From assembly GCF_000143415.4 (NCBI RefSeq), contig NW_003314391.1:311371-375370 (forward strand): 64,000 nucleotides of DNA. Reading direction: 5' to 3'. The position numbers and the translations under genes were made by a program. The stretch is from Selaginella moellendorffii. Its lineage: Eukaryota; Plantae; Lycopodiophyta. Of the stretch, positions 25,188-38,821 are shown one piece after another (positions within the stretch are counted from its first letter, which is position 1; every line of letters starts with the position of its first letter). Under the pieces are notes generated by a model, which saw only the letters and a program-made list of their open reading frames with translations, was not told the origin of the DNA and ran no database searches.

Positions 25188-25759
25188 GGCCAGACACCCT
25201 TCTAACTTCTAAGACCCTAGAAGTATACCATCTCGTACTTGATCAAGCAACTACAATCACACTTCGATCTTTTTTTTTAGGCACCAGCAGGAAAATGGCA
25301 AGCTCGGATTTGGACGGGGAATAAAGATCTCGAACTTTCACTAAGTTCTCGGTCTAAGTTCGTAAGATTTTTCTCTTTCTCGACGAGAGGTACTCAGGAG
25401 ATGAAAAACACTATGAATTGATCATGAGCACGCCCCTGTAAATTCACAAACGTAGGCACAAAACTTTAGAACAGGCAGAAAACCTTAGAACACAAAGTTT
25501 AGAACTCGCACAGAGGAAAATGGAAAAAGCTTCGAACCTCCTTAGTGAAGCAACAAATTTCTCATATGCTTCCTCTCATCCAGCTCCTACTCCACAGCCT
25601 TCAACACAACCGGAAGAACTGTGAGCTCACAAAGCGAAAAGCTGTCACATTATAATTATAGTGTGACAACACAAACAGCTGCTGCTGCTGTTAAACGTTG
25701 TGGTGGCTTACCCGCCATCACTCTGGTTGCGGTTCTCCAGGCGCTCGCTTGACCGCCAT

Positions 25760-25930
25760 TCCAAAGGCAAGGCTCGAAGCGAAGTTCCCAGTCACCACCT
25801 CCAGCTCCTTGGATGAATACTTTTGAGCCGAGCCTTTCAGTGCCAGAGCGAAAGCACGCTCAACTTTGTCAAGCCTGTGCTTCCAGATCATCAGCATGAC
25901 CAAGCCGAGCGAATGCTCTGCGACCACCCT
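25760..25930 (-). pseudogene. Possible fragment of a receptor-like/U-box kinase juxta-kinase region
   Basis: QKYSSKELEVVTGNFASSL resembles the xYSxxELxxATxNF pre-kinase motif; no kinase domain follows. Confidence 0.35.
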
Positions 25931-26329
25931 GACCAGAGTGGAGAGACATGACCCTGTACAGCAACATCAACCTGACAACGCCGCTGAAGCTCTGGTGGCT
26001 GCTGCTTACTCCCGCAGGCCACCAGCGCGGATATGACTTGCTCGGAACCTGCCTTGGAAATAGTCACGGATTTAAATCGGCACTTGAAAGAAGGCATAGC
26101 CCTTACTTCGTTGATATCTTGAGCCTTCGGCTATTGTATCCAGGCCTTGATCCTAACCACAAATTCACTGTTAGACAATAGAAAAGAATAAAAGCAAAGT
26201 GTCAGTCAACTTTACCTGTCTAGCTGAGTAGTAAAAGCTGAGTCCAGCTGATCCAGCTATGCTCAATCGGGATAAGCAGAAGCTGACAAAAAATACCTCA
26301 GTGAAAAGCAATGCTAATGAGTTACTTGT

Positions 26330-26930
26330 CACCATTGACAAGCTGGGACAGCTGAAACCTGGAGTATCAGCATAGCCCCTCTAAATGGCAGATGCAAGAG
26401 ACAAACGTGCCGCATCGTGTGTTGTCCGGATCCAGTTCAATACGACACCTCATTTACGCGAATGACTTCATCGTCAACTTCGTCTAGTGCCTGTACACGC
26501 GACAATTGAAGTTAGTATCAGGTTCCGACTCCACTTGGTCTGATGTTTTATCTTCGAGGAGATGAAGCCCCATACCAGTCTCTACACTGCATATGTATGG
26601 TTTATATCCCCACTCAGATATCTTTCACCTGAAAACTAAAAATGAACCTTCTATCAGCTTTGCAGAAACGAAAAGAAAGAAATAAACGGGTACCTCCTGA
26701 GTAACAAGACCCGCCTTGTTGAGCACCACTGCGAGAGGTATTCCAGTCGATTCGGCTTCACTAAGAACCTATTCAGTATCACAGGATCCAAGCGCGGCCT
26801 ATTGAGTGAGAGTTCCCGAGATTAAAACACTATCAGACTCTTCTCCTGATCTTCTTGAGAAGTGCTCTCACCACGCAAAGAAGCTTAATCCCTGTTCTAA
26901 ATCCCTGCGCCGACGTTGCCTGCCCGACTG
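26330..26930 (-). pseudogene. RsgA/YjeQ-type ribosome small-subunit GTPase pseudogene
   Basis: Broken frames LLCVVRALLKKIRRRV, EAESTGIPLAVVLNKA, GYKPYICSVETGMGL, GSGQHTMRHVCLL with stops and frameshifts. Confidence 0.8.
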
Positions 26931-27195
26931 CTCGATCCTCAGTTGAAAGATTGTCGAATCGCTGCACATCGGGCAATGTCGTTACATCACGCACCTAGAC
27001 ACTTGCTTGGAATCACCCCGCCGCAGCCGATCGTGGAGCTGCTTCCTGGCTGGGCCGTGCGCATTCCTCCTGCCTCATGGCACCATCGGCAGCCGCGTGT
27101 CACGAAGCCCAACGAACACCAAGAACCCTAAAAACTATTTTCGCGGGATTGGTGCCCTAAAAATCAAAGTTTTAGGGTTTTGGAGGGAGAGAAAT

Positions 27196-27889
27196 ATGAA
27201 ATGAGTTGTCATCGAGGCTCAGGTGAGTTCTTCGATTCCAATCGAGCAATCGATCGATTGACAATCGGCGCAGCACGTAGAATCTCTGGATGTGCTGCTG
27301 TAAGGCCTGTGGGAGGGACAGCGCGAGGGTCTCAAAACCCACGAAATATGCCTCAAGAGTAATCCGATTTCCTTTCTTTCGCGGATTTTAGAGCTTTGGA
27401 ATCTCTTGAAACAGGCACCGTGGCTTCGGAGCTCAATCTACTGTGTGATCTCTCCAAGTGACCTCACATTTGGTATGTTGTTCTTTCTCCGTGCAAGAAG
27501 TAAGAAGTAGACGTTACTCATTCTCAGTTTCTTTGTTTTCTTCCTTCCTCGAGGACTATGAAGCACATAGGAGGAGCAATGAGAGGCACTGGTGCCGAGC
27601 AGCTGCCCGCCTTGGTACGCAACATTGTGGAGTCCAAGATGAGCAACAATGCTCTTCGTTTCTTCTACGCCGTCGGCTACAAGATGGACTACGAGCTTCT
27701 CCGCGATGGTTTTGCGTACCACTTCCAGAGAGCCTTTCCGATCACGGTCACAGTAACTTCAGTGTGTAGGCTTCCCAAGCAGCACTCGATCGACGAAGCG
27801 ACACCAGTCACGCCAAACATTCAGCTTGTCGAGGTTACGGCTCCCACCACCGCTGACAACTTTAGCGATGTTGTCCTGGCAATCTCCCG
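27196..27889 (+). pseudogene. MED18: Mediator subunit 18 pseudogene (3'-truncated)
   Basis: HVESLDVLL*GL has TAA at 27301 in place of Gln. KHIGGAMRGTGAEQL..ESKMSNNALRFFYAVGYKMDYELL..FHFQR..IDEATPVTP follows. C-terminus is missing. Confidence 0.85.
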
Positions 27890-28322
27890 TAAGCTTTCAT
27901 TTCTTCGTTTCCTTTTCCTTTTTTTTTGGTTTTGTCATCGCTGACGAACTTATCCAGGCTTGTAAATTTGTCCAAGGCTTGAGCATCGCGTTTGAATCAT
28001 TGCAAAGATATTTGGTTATTATAACGCACTTTTAACTTTCCTCTTAGAACAGGGCATACATACATACACACATACACCTAGCTATTTAAGTAAGGCATCC
28101 GAGCGTCGCAAGGTAATTTGTGGTGTTCTTTCCCTTCTTTATGCAACAGGATCGGTTTGTTTTTATGATGGAACAGGTAGCTCTTGAGAGAAATTCGATG
28201 TTCTAAATTCTTGCCTTTTTGGTTCCCATTTTCAATCAAGGTGAGTCTTGAATTTCTCTCAGTTCAATAACTGATATGTAAAATACAGGGAAAGCGTTTT
28301 TACCCTTTGAGACGATTGCTTG

Positions 28323-28764
28323 TTACACTTCGTACAGGTCTTGAACGATCGTCTTCATCTTTTTGCTGCCCCGGGGCCTCTCGATCGGCTTGTCCATCTT
28401 CTTGTCATACTGGGCACGAAACTCGTTATTCGAGCTCCACCTGAACGAAGAATGGTAAGAAAACAAAAGAAACGAAAAGGAGAAACGGAGAAACTTACGG
28501 TGTGTCCCATCGGCTTGTGTCCTCGTTGACGAGATGCGTCCACTTGACGCGGCCACGCCGGCCAAAACCCTTGACCTGCATCACCTTGGGCAGTAACTTC
28601 TTGTCCAGCTTGTCCTCACCAGTCGGCTCTGAAAAGTCCCTCTTGTAGATGGGCTCATTGTCCGACTGGAAGAAAGGTCCCTTCTTGTAGTCCCTTTGCA
28701 AAAACTTCCTCTTTGGAGCCGCCACCTCCCTTGCGCTATCGTCTTCTTTCTTGCGCTCTTCCAT
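28323..28764 (-). CDS. C-terminal-only MFAP1/Spp381-like splicing factor (short ORF or pseudogene)
   Basis: [60 protein letters not shown] at 28764, intron 28498-28441, stop at 28323. Confidence 0.7.
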
Positions 28765-28801
28765 CTTTCTTCTCCCACAAAACCCTAAGGTGTACCCTTA
28801 A

Positions 28802-29080
<279 letters not shown>

Positions 29081-29329
29081 AGTCCCTGAATTTGAGCGTG
29101 GACGAGCAAGCATTGCGGCACAAAATCGTTCTAGAGCAGAATGGGCAAGAGCATTGTTGCCTCTCACAACGCTTGTGCTCCTAATCTTCCCTTTGTGATC
29201 CCAAGCGAGGGGATAGTCATCCTTGGACAACCACCACAGATCTTAATCTCCACAAATTGACCAAAACACTACATTTACCCAAGTGGAATACAGCCCACAA
29301 CTTTTGTTGCCCTCCCTGCCAAGAAAACC

Positions 29330-30887
29330 ATGGCTTCCAGCAAGGTCCATGTCTTGGCGTTTCCAGCGCCCGCGCAAGGCCATATCTCCCCAATGATCCA
29401 TCTCTGCAAGTTAATCGCTCAAGACCCAAGCTTCACAATCTCCTGGGTCAATATCGACAGCCTCCACGACGAATTCATGAAGCACTGGGTGGCGCCGGCG
29501 GGGCTGGAAGATCTGCGCCTCCATTCCATCCCATTCTCGTGGAAGCTCCCGCAAGGAATCGACGCCCATGCTTTGGGAAATATTGCGGACTGGTCCACGG
29601 CAGCTGCGCGAGAGCTCCCCGGAGGCCTCGAGGATTTGATCCGCAAGCTCGGCGAGGAGGGCGATCCGGTCAGTTGTATCGTCTCGGATTACGGTTGCGT
29701 TTGGACCCAGGACGTGGCAGATGTATTTGGAATCCCCAGTGTCACTCTTTGGTCGGGCAACGCGGCATGGACGAGCTTGGAGTATCACATTCCACAGCTT
29801 CTGGAGAAAGATCACATTTTTCCTAGCAGAGGTATGAATCTCCGTTCTTCCCCTGTTCTTCCCTTGGACTTCCAAATTTCCCCTGTTCTTCCCTTTGGAA
29901 TTAACATTTCCTCTGTTCTTTCCTTTCCTATGTTCAAATTTCTGAGATTCGCACGCAGGGAGAGCTTCTGCGGACGAGGCCAATTCCGTGATCATCGATT
30001 ACGTCCGAGGAGTCAAGCCTCTCCGCCTGGCCGATGTGCCTGATTACCTGCTGGCCTCTGAGGGCCAGGAGGCGTGGAAGGAGATTTGCATCAAGCGCTC
30101 TCCAGCCGTGAAGCGCGCGCGATGGGTCCTCGTCAATTCCTTCTACGACCTCGAGGCGCACACCTTCGATTTCATGGCCAGCGAGCTCGGGCCTCGATTC
30201 ATCCCCGCGGGGCCACTGTTCTTGCTCGACGATTCCAGGAAGAATGTGGTGCTTCGCCCCGAGAACGAGGATTGCCTTCGCTGGATGGATACGCAGGAGC
30301 CTGGATCGGTGCTCTACATCTCGTTTGGCAGCATCGCGGTGCTGAGCGTGGAGCAATTCGAGGAGCTCGTGGGAGCTCTCGAGGCATCAAAGAAGCCATT
30401 CTTGTGGGTGATTCGATCCGAGCTCGTGGTCGGCGGACTCTCCACCGAATCTTACAATGGATTTTACGAGAGGACCAAGAACCAGGGATTCATCGTTTCC
30501 TGGGCGCCACAGCTGAGAGTTCTCGCCCATCCCTCCATGGGAGCGTTTCTCACTCACTGCGGATGGAATTCTGTCCAGGAGAGCATAGCGAATGGCATTC
30601 CAATGCTGGGGTGGCCTTGCGGGGGCGACCAAATCACCAACTCTAAGTTCATCGTGGAGGACTGGAAGATCGGGGTTAGATTCTCCAAGACAGTGGTGCA
30701 GGGATTGATCGGGCGAGAAGAGATCGAAGATGGCATAAAAAAGGTGATGGATAGCGACGAGGGGAAGAAGATGAAGGAGAGAGTGGAGAACTTGAAGATC
30801 CTTGCAAGAAAAGCTATGGACAAAGAGCATGGGAAATCGTTTCGTGGCCTCCAAGCATTCTTGGAAGATCTCAAAGCTTTGAGCTAA
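29330..30887 (+). CDS. Family-1 UDP-glycosyltransferase (2 exons)
   Basis: Exons 29330-29831 and 29959-30887 join in frame (476 aa). HVLAFPAPAQGHISPM and the PSPG box WAPQLRVLAHPSMGAFLTHCGWNSVQESIANGIPMLGWPCGGDQ are present. The intron has ~30-bp repeats. Confidence 0.95.
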
Positions 30888-30979
30888 AGCAGTGAAATCC
30901 AGTTTCTAGCATGGAGTGCTAGAGATCTACATGCCCATTAGCCCAGACAGGATTGGAAAAGATTTGGGCTCGTTTGCTA

Positions 30980-32290
30980 CGTGGATGCGCCACTCTTAAC
31001 GGATCTACTCGCGGATGATGCAGGCTTATGGCGAGATTGGCGATCTAGAACTCTCCCTGTTTCGGAAGATGCCACAGTGGAACCTCTTGTGGAATACCAT
31101 GCTCACGGCCTATGCGGAGAATGGTCGCGTGGAGGACGCGAAACGAATGTTTTACGCTGTTCCTGTGGAGAACACAGTCTCGTGGAACTCCATGCTCCAA
31201 GCTTACTTTCTTGCTGGTTCCACAAGATGCCTTGCAAAGACGTGATCTCCTGGAACGTTAACACGCTATGCGTGGCCGCAAGCAGAGAGAGCAACCACGA
31301 AAGCTATGGCATCGAAAGCTATGGCATCAGCTGAGATGACGATGTTCCATGATATCTCGCCATCTTGTCAAACACTTCCAAAGCTTGAACCATTGAGAAT
31401 GCTCTGGTGAGGAATCTAGTGGAAGATTGACGTTGCCTCTTTCAGCTGGCTGATCTGGATGTAAGATGCGAGCATCATCGACCACGTCACAGCATTTGGT
31501 TCTGGATGTTTGCTCCAATCTCTTTCCATCTTCAAGGAATCCTTTGTGACTAAATCTTTGGACCACCGATGTTAAGCACCAGGTCAGGATAATAAGATAA
31601 AGAAAGGGCTTTACAATTAAGTGATCACCCCTTTAGTTAGTTGGCCTAGGGTGTAAGGGATAGGATCCTAACATTGGTATCGGAGCCTAGTTCAATTCTT
31701 GTGGCTGATGAGTGGGGCAGAATATTCTGAAGGAATATTTAACATGGTGGATCTAGAGGGAGAACCAAGGTTTGGTAGACCCTAAAAGAAGGACCATGGT
31801 GATCAGATGGTGGCCTAAGTATGATCGCGGACGATCATTCCCTGACAAGGGGGAAGATTGTTAGGCACCAGATCAGGATAATAGGATAAAGAAAGGGCCC
31901 TACAATTAAGTAGACCCTAAGAGAAGGACCATGGTGACCGGATGGTGGCCTAAGTATGATCGCGGACGATCATTCCCTGACAAGGGGGAAGATTGTTAGG
32001 CACCAGATCAGGATAATAGGATAAAGAAAGGGCCCTACAATTAAGTAAACCCTAAGAGAAGGACCATAGTGACTGGATGGTGGCCTAAGTATGATCGCGG
32101 ACAATCATTCCCTGACGAGGGGGAAGATTGTTAAGCACCAGATCAGGATAATAGGATAAGGAAAGGGCCCTACAAGTAAGTGATCACCCCTTTAGCCAGT
32201 TGGCTTAGGGTGTAAGGGATAGGATCCTAACAACCGAGTTCCAGCTTGTCACATTTTCTGAAAAACCATTCTTGTGCATATTCCATTGTG
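30980..32290. pseudogene. PPR gene remnants on both strands, one interrupted by the TRIM
   Basis: Plus strand: WNTMLTAYAENGRVEDAKRMF. Minus strand: ENVTSWNS|VVQRFSHKGFLEDGKR, which rejoins across the TRIM insertion. Confidence 0.7.
31570..32232 (+). mobile_element. TRIM (terminal-repeat retrotransposon in miniature) with internal 135-bp triplication
   Basis: 104-bp TG..CA LTRs at 31570-31673 and 32129-32232. tRNA-iMet-type PBS TGGTATCGGAGCC, PPT AGGGGGAAGA, 5-bp TSD ACCGA at 31565-31569 and 32233-32237. Confidence 0.93.
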
Positions 32291-33848
32291 GTGTTTTGAA
32301 AAAAATATTGTTTAAGATGTGCTTAATATAGATTTTGAATATCCACATCCATAAAGTGGAAAGAGGTATCCATTTATGTGAAAGTATGGAATACAAGGCA
32401 CATAACTTCTAGAAAATTGACTTTCTAGAGATTTTCATAATATTAAACGTTAATATGTATTTTGCTAAAATTTTTGAGGCTCTTTATATCAAAACACCCC
32501 ATTATTTTTGGCCAAAACTCTATCTATCTATCTATCCATCTATATATATAAATAAAGCTAAACATTTTTGGGCTGTCAGTTCTAGCCAATTCAGCATATT
32601 GCAAGCTTGTATTATATGGATTCTACATTCACACTTTAATATGTGGGGCAACTCATGATATAGTCACTTGTGAGCTGTCAACCATGAAATAAACACATGC
32701 AATTTTCAACACATATGCATAGGCTGTACGCAGATTTGGGTGGCCTAAATGCATTAGGAGTGACAATGCTCCTGAACATAATGTAGTAGAGGACAATATG
32801 GAACATTGTCGGGGTCCTTAGGACAGGAGTTTTATTAGTGGGACGTCAACAAGAAACCAGGCTTGCCTCTAATATTTTCTTGCACATGTTCATCACTATT
32901 AACCTCCCTGCCTTGCAACACATCAAACACTTGTGGCATGGATTATACAAGTGCAAGATGTGGTTCTACAAACACCTATTTGAGTATATGGAGGATATTG
33001 GCATCTTGGTGTTCCCAATACATGGCACAAGTAGAGTTTGTGATGTGTTTTTGTGCTGTATCTTGCCAAAGACATATCTCACTAGGCTGCTACATGGAAT
33101 TTACACAAGGTACATTCATATTGGTGTGGTAAGTTCTTCAGGCCATCTCATGTACTAACAAACTAGTTTTAGCCTTTGGAGCACAAGCTTGGGTAAGCCT
33201 TCCTTTTGGAGATGATATGCATAAACATTCACACCACTTCTAGAATTGTTCAGCCACTGTCTTCAAGGGATATAAAAGATATGCTAGGTTCAATGTTTAT
33301 GAATGTTGAAGGTGCAACACTCCCTCAAGTATTAATTCCCTTTTTTCTATCAACCAAAGCATGCTTAATGTTTTAGGAACTTGTTGTTGTGAGGAATTGG
33401 TCTTTTCTAATGTATCAACAAAACCTTAATCTTGATTAGTAATATCTCATTCACTTGGATTTGTCTATAAAATATGCAATAGCTAATGTTGAAGGTGTGG
33501 CTCTTCTAGTTTATATTGACATTGCTCTTCCTTTTGAAACACTAGTCAAGAGGTGAGTGCTCAAGAAATTGCAACTATTGTTGTTTTAAGCTAACTAACA
33601 GTTGGCTAACTCTTTTTATTAATAAAAGTTCTTTGTTCCCTTGTTGTCTACCACATGGCCCTTGTCCTGGGTTTACCAATCAAATTGAATTTGCACCAGT
33701 AACAATTTAATACATCTTGAAATTGTGATTGATTGCGGCAATTATTAGGATATGGTTAAAAATGTTCATGTTTTTCTAGGGTTTGAACTATCATGTGTTT
33801 GTTTCATTTTTGTGGAGGAAGTAGAGCTTTGATCTTTCATATTTTACT

Positions 33849-35347
33849 TGTAAGCCAACCTATGGGAAGTGTAACCGAACTTTAAGTTCAATCTAATCCG
33901 GGGAGGGGGATTGGGAGAGAATTTGGGAATCTGTTAATGGATGGTTAACACTTTATTGCTTGTGCAACGAATTATTGAAACTAAGTAAGACCAAGTAGGA
34001 GCTAGTGCAATAAGCGGGAACATTAGCAAAGGAACTTAACTAAGGTCAAGGCCGTGATGGTCAAATAAACATGATAAGGAAAAATTGGAAAGGAAAAATT
34101 TGTCAAGCAACCAAGCACACTAAGTTCCTAACATCCCTTGGTATAACAAGATTTGATTATGGGACCCTCTAAATCCCAAGCTTTGGGTGCAACACTTGCT
34201 TTGGGACATCGAGGGGGAAACATCGTGGTTTAATGGTCCGGTATGGGTACCCTTACTCCCCCACTTCCATCCCGAGGGAAAGGCCTAATCCCTTAGGAAG
34301 GGCGAGGACTAATGAGCCGTAATATACTCAAGTGGGGTAAAACTCCACATGAGCCGGGAGCACTGCAGTTGATTTCCCTTCCGAGAGTGGGAGTTGCTTT
34401 TGAGCACTTCCTTAAATGGCCCCTTTGGTACCACCTGAGTCCATGCTCACTCCCACCCAAGGCCCCTAAGCCTTAGCCTCAACCCCAAGCCAGTTTGGAA
34501 GCACCACTGTTTAAGACTGGTTCCTAGACCTCACTATCCCTACTATACTTTTGGACCCCCTGCAGCCCCCCTCTCCCCCTGGGAGACACATGCTTTGGGC
34601 TTTCATCTCATGACCTGTATTAGTATTTGGATTTGGTCTCAGATTCGATCTTGGACTCGATCTTGAACTCGACCTTAGACCCGGTCTCAAACTCGATCTC
34701 AGACTGAATCTTGGACTTGGTCTTAGACTAGAGCTTGGACTCGATCTCATATCCGACCTTGGACTCTGTTTCGGACTTGATCTCAGACTCGGTCTCAGAC
34801 CCAATCTCAGATCTTGGACTCGGTCTCGAACTCGGTCTTGAACTCAATCTCAGACTCGATCTTGAACTCGGTCTCAAACTTGGTCTTAGAGTCGGTCTCG
34901 GACTCGATCTCAAACTTGGTCTCATCCGATGAACTCTTTATCATTTCTGTCATGCTTTTGGGGATCCTTTAGCTTACAACACCTCAGGGAGTTGATTCTT
35001 TACAACTTCACCACCTATAAAAGAAGTTTGATGCCCACATCAAATGTCTCTTTTTAATCTTACGACTTGTTGACCATATCTTTAGAGGCATCCCCCTACT
35101 TAGTAGTGTGTCTAAATTAGCCTCCCCGGCCAAGAGCCCATGACAATGGAGTATAAGTGTCCATATACCCCTCCCCTTACCAAGCTCTAGTATGGGGTTG
35201 GGGCTTGAACCTAGCCTTGCTTTACTAGAAGGTTGGGACTTGAACCCAACTCTGTAGAATATATTTACATATTTAACATCCATATGGGGAGTTGGGCGTA
35301 GTTCCCTATGCTTAGTTGACTTAAATAACCCATGTTAATTAGCTTAC
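33849..35347 (-). mobile_element. Degenerate LTR-like relic related to the element A LTR, opposite orientation (boundaries approximate)
   Basis: 34530-34612 is the reverse complement of 39395-39475, and is followed by a degenerate 12-bp satellite at 34630-34930. Confidence 0.6.
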
Positions 35348-35818
35348 TGTCGGTGCACCTTTGGGTCCCAACATATGATATTGCTCAATTTCTCAATTAG
35401 ATTATTGAATTTTGCATAAGTACATAGAGTTTTACTTTGCAAAAATTCCTCCACTAAATCTTGCGCGTTCACTAGTTTCTCCTCCGGTTCCTATGTTGTT
35501 TCGTAGTGTGGAAATTCTGTCCACTTCACATGAAACTCTCTCACCTTGCGTCCTTGTCATTTGCTCTGTGCGCATTGAGGATGGCCTTGACTTCGTATTC
35601 CCCTTTCCTTTGGATAACCTTAGGTAAAAGTCTTATTTGGTCCTTGCGAAGCTGAAGTAGTTTCTATGGTTATATCCTTTTAAAATGAAATTAAGAATAT
35701 CAAGAGAGAGGTAGGTTATGTGACTAGTTGACAGTAACTATCCCATAACTAAAGATTTCATCATGCATATAAACTACCAAAACCAATCTACGTATACTAC
35801 CCCAGACCCAAAGACTAA

Positions 35819-36541
35819 TATAAGCTCATGAATTTGGATTTCTTGAGAGGTCATCCAACCTAGTACTAGGACACTTAACCCCAAATATCCCAAAACCCTT
35901 AACTGATTAAAAGAAAAGATGCACTTTTGTTCATGGGCTTTTCCCCATTATATTTAAATCCTGCCTCTTGAGTTGTTTTCTAGATTGTTTCTTGAGTTGT
36001 TCTCTTTGGTTACTTACAATCCACCACACTTATCTAGGAAGTCACCCAACCTAGTACTATTCAAACCTAAAGACACTTAACCCCAAATATCCCAAAAATT
36101 TTAAACAATTAAAGGGTGCACTTTTGGGCATTTTCCCACTATATTTGAATCCCTATGGATCATCTCTCGAGTTGTTTTCTTTGGTTGTTTACAATCCATT
36201 ACACTTCCTTACAAATTCATGCTTTTATGAATGGAAATTGAGAGCCACAGCTCTTTCTCAAGCCTACTCTTACAAATTGAACATATAGTGGGATTCCCTT
36301 AACCAACCAATAAAGTCCGATTCAAAACCATTTTTATACCAAATGTAAGCTTTTAAATATAAACTTCTCGAGAGGTCATCCAGCCCAGTATTATTCAAAC
36401 CCAAGGATTCTTAACCCCAAGTACCCCAAAATCCTTAACTGATTGAAAAAAAGAGTGCACTCTTGTTTATGTATCATTTCCCTTTATATTTTAACCTTAA
36501 TAGATTATTATTTTTTAAGTTGTTCTTTTTGGTTGCTTACA
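35819..36541 (-). mobile_element. Degenerate Cassandra-like TRIM array with 5S rRNA-derived LTR core
   Basis: Three related ~160-200 bp repeats; the best (36344-36541) has TGTAAGC..GCTTACA termini. Each carries a 5S-like segment (minus strand GTTAAGTGTCTTTAGGTTTGAATAGTACTAGGTTGGGTGACTTCC). Degenerate PBS TGGTATAAAA and PPT-like GTGTGGTGGAT. The array interrupts a repeat that is continuous at 58090-58720. Confidence 0.7.
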
Positions 36542-37599
36542 ACAAAGAAATGGATAATACCACAATCATAAACAAAGATATCTTAAAGATAACAGAGTAT
36601 TAGTAAATAAATCTTAAATTAGAACACAAAAGTATTCCAATTAAATTATCATCTGATAAACTAAGATTATGGGATAAGAACCACCAAGATCATCATAGTT
36701 TAAAGGCATAGGATTAAGTATTTCAAATTCAATAATAAAACTTAACTACCAAAGATTCCAAATATCATGCTAAACAACTTATGAAAGATAACTCAAAAAA
36801 CACAAAATATTAACTATAAAACAAGTAAAATTCTCATGAATGTATCATCTAAAGGAAATAACATCCCAACCTATCAAAAATAACTTTAGCAACAATTAAC
36901 ATATCAAAATGAATATTGCAAAAGTAGGTAAACACCTGTTCATGCAAAGTATTGCACCAGCTAATCTGAATAGATCCCAATCAACAATATGAAAGAATTA
37001 GAGTTGCTTAAGTAAGCATCAGAAACATTTTATTGATATCTTAAACCTAAAAGATCAATCCAAAGTAAACCACAAAGAATATATAGTAATGCAAAAAGCA
37101 AAAAAATATCAAAATAATAATTAATCATCATGAAAGATAAGATGCACAATTATCATTAAATAGCAATTTATGATCCTGAAAAATAGCAAATCATTCAACT
37201 TCAATAATAATCAAGGAAAACCTCTAATAAGAAAAATCAACTATCCTAAATGACAGTCGATCATCACCAATGATTGTTAAATGTGAGAACTAACTTAAAT
37301 ATTAGAACTAATGAGCCAAAATGCCTCCCCTAATAACTGCAAATAAATTGAAAAATGAGTATGGAAACTCAAAAAACCAAATGCTCACAAAAGTTTATAA
37401 TTGAGTCTTAAATAACCATGACTACATATCTTACATAACTAATTTCAATATCAAAGAAGAAATCATTGTATGACTGACAATATCCTTTGACACATCTATA
37501 AGCCAAACTTCATATCACTTATGAATATAACTTTGATATGCTTGGCTTTTGGTTTGATGCACATATGCTCTTTATTAGTTTTACATTACCCCTGCACTC

Positions 37600-38590
37600 T
37601 TCTTACTATACTTTTGGAACCACCTTGCATTCTTATCACATGGACAAATAGTCCAAAGGGGCAAAGGTTGCCCATATAGAACAAAGAATAATCAAGTGTC
37701 GAAGTAACACTTGCAAGAATAGTCCTTATAGGTAAGACATGAATACAAGTTGTATTCTGACGAACTGGCACCTCAAAAATGGAACCTTATAAGTTGTTGG
37801 ATTAGTGAAGTCTAAAAAGCTAAATGACTCAAGTGGAGTTAAAGAATGATCTTAAAGGACTGGTAGAAGCATTTGAACTGAGGTGTGTCGTACCCCATGA
37901 AAGATAGGGAGGATCATAAGATCCAAATATGATAACAGTGGGTATCTCATTGATGCTATACTAAAGTTGTGGGAAAAGTGTTTCTAAAAGAAAATAACTT
38001 TGGCACAAAGTTGTGTATGAATACTATAGTGCAATGCTAATTGATAGTTGGCATGAAAAATGACTGCTTTAGTCTTGGCAAAGACTCAAACATGAATGGT
38101 AAGTGTTGTAAGGGTAGGCTTGTAAAGCCAATGGTGTGGAGACACCGAATGTGCCAAGGTGTGATGCCTTGAGGTCAAATTAACGGGTTCATGAGAACCT
38201 TCTCCCAAAGGAATTCTAATAGAAATGGGAATGGCATAACCTAAGCAAGAAAGCATATGGTTGGAGTGTGGTGACTCAAATAATGATGGAGGTGTGAAAG
38301 CACTAGCAATGAGTTGTAGAACTTGACAACTATGAGGCAACTAAGCAAAATGTGCAAAATAATTGATTAAGTTGGTAGAAGGTAATTACTTAAAACTTTT
38401 TATTGGGATAAGGAAGTTGGACATACTTTTATGGGGGATAAATTGCTTATGTTGCAATATAATAAGTCAATGTCGAAAAAAGGAATGCTTATTGTCAAAT
38501 AAAGCCATAATTGGGACACCCAAACACTCTAAAACACCAGAAAGTGGTGTTTGATGTCGTGAGGGCATTAGATAAGGCCTAAGGGACTGC
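37600..38590 (+). mobile_element. Older copy of the element A internal region (continues at 56348-56520)
   Basis: Colinear with 40880-41890. Joining across the ACTGC TSD restores a match to 41850-42070. Confidence 0.8.
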
Positions 38591-38821
38591 TGTGAGACAC
38601 AAAGTCCCTAGGCCCCAGAGTGGAGCTGGAGGGGTGCCACGTGGTAGTGGCCGAAGCGAAAGCCAAACGAGCGTAAAACGTTTGGACTAAAAGCTTCGAC
38701 TTGAAAGGTTGAGAGCGGGAGTGGAACTCCCAACAAAGTGTTCAAGGAACGAGCACGAAGCGAGCAATAAGCGAGGCTCCAAAAAGGGACCCAAAGAGAC
38801 CAACACATGACACGTGGAAGT

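Noticed and set aside
31570-32232. This TRIM as a Cassandra element
   Set aside because: Its LTRs lack the 5S A/C-box segment.
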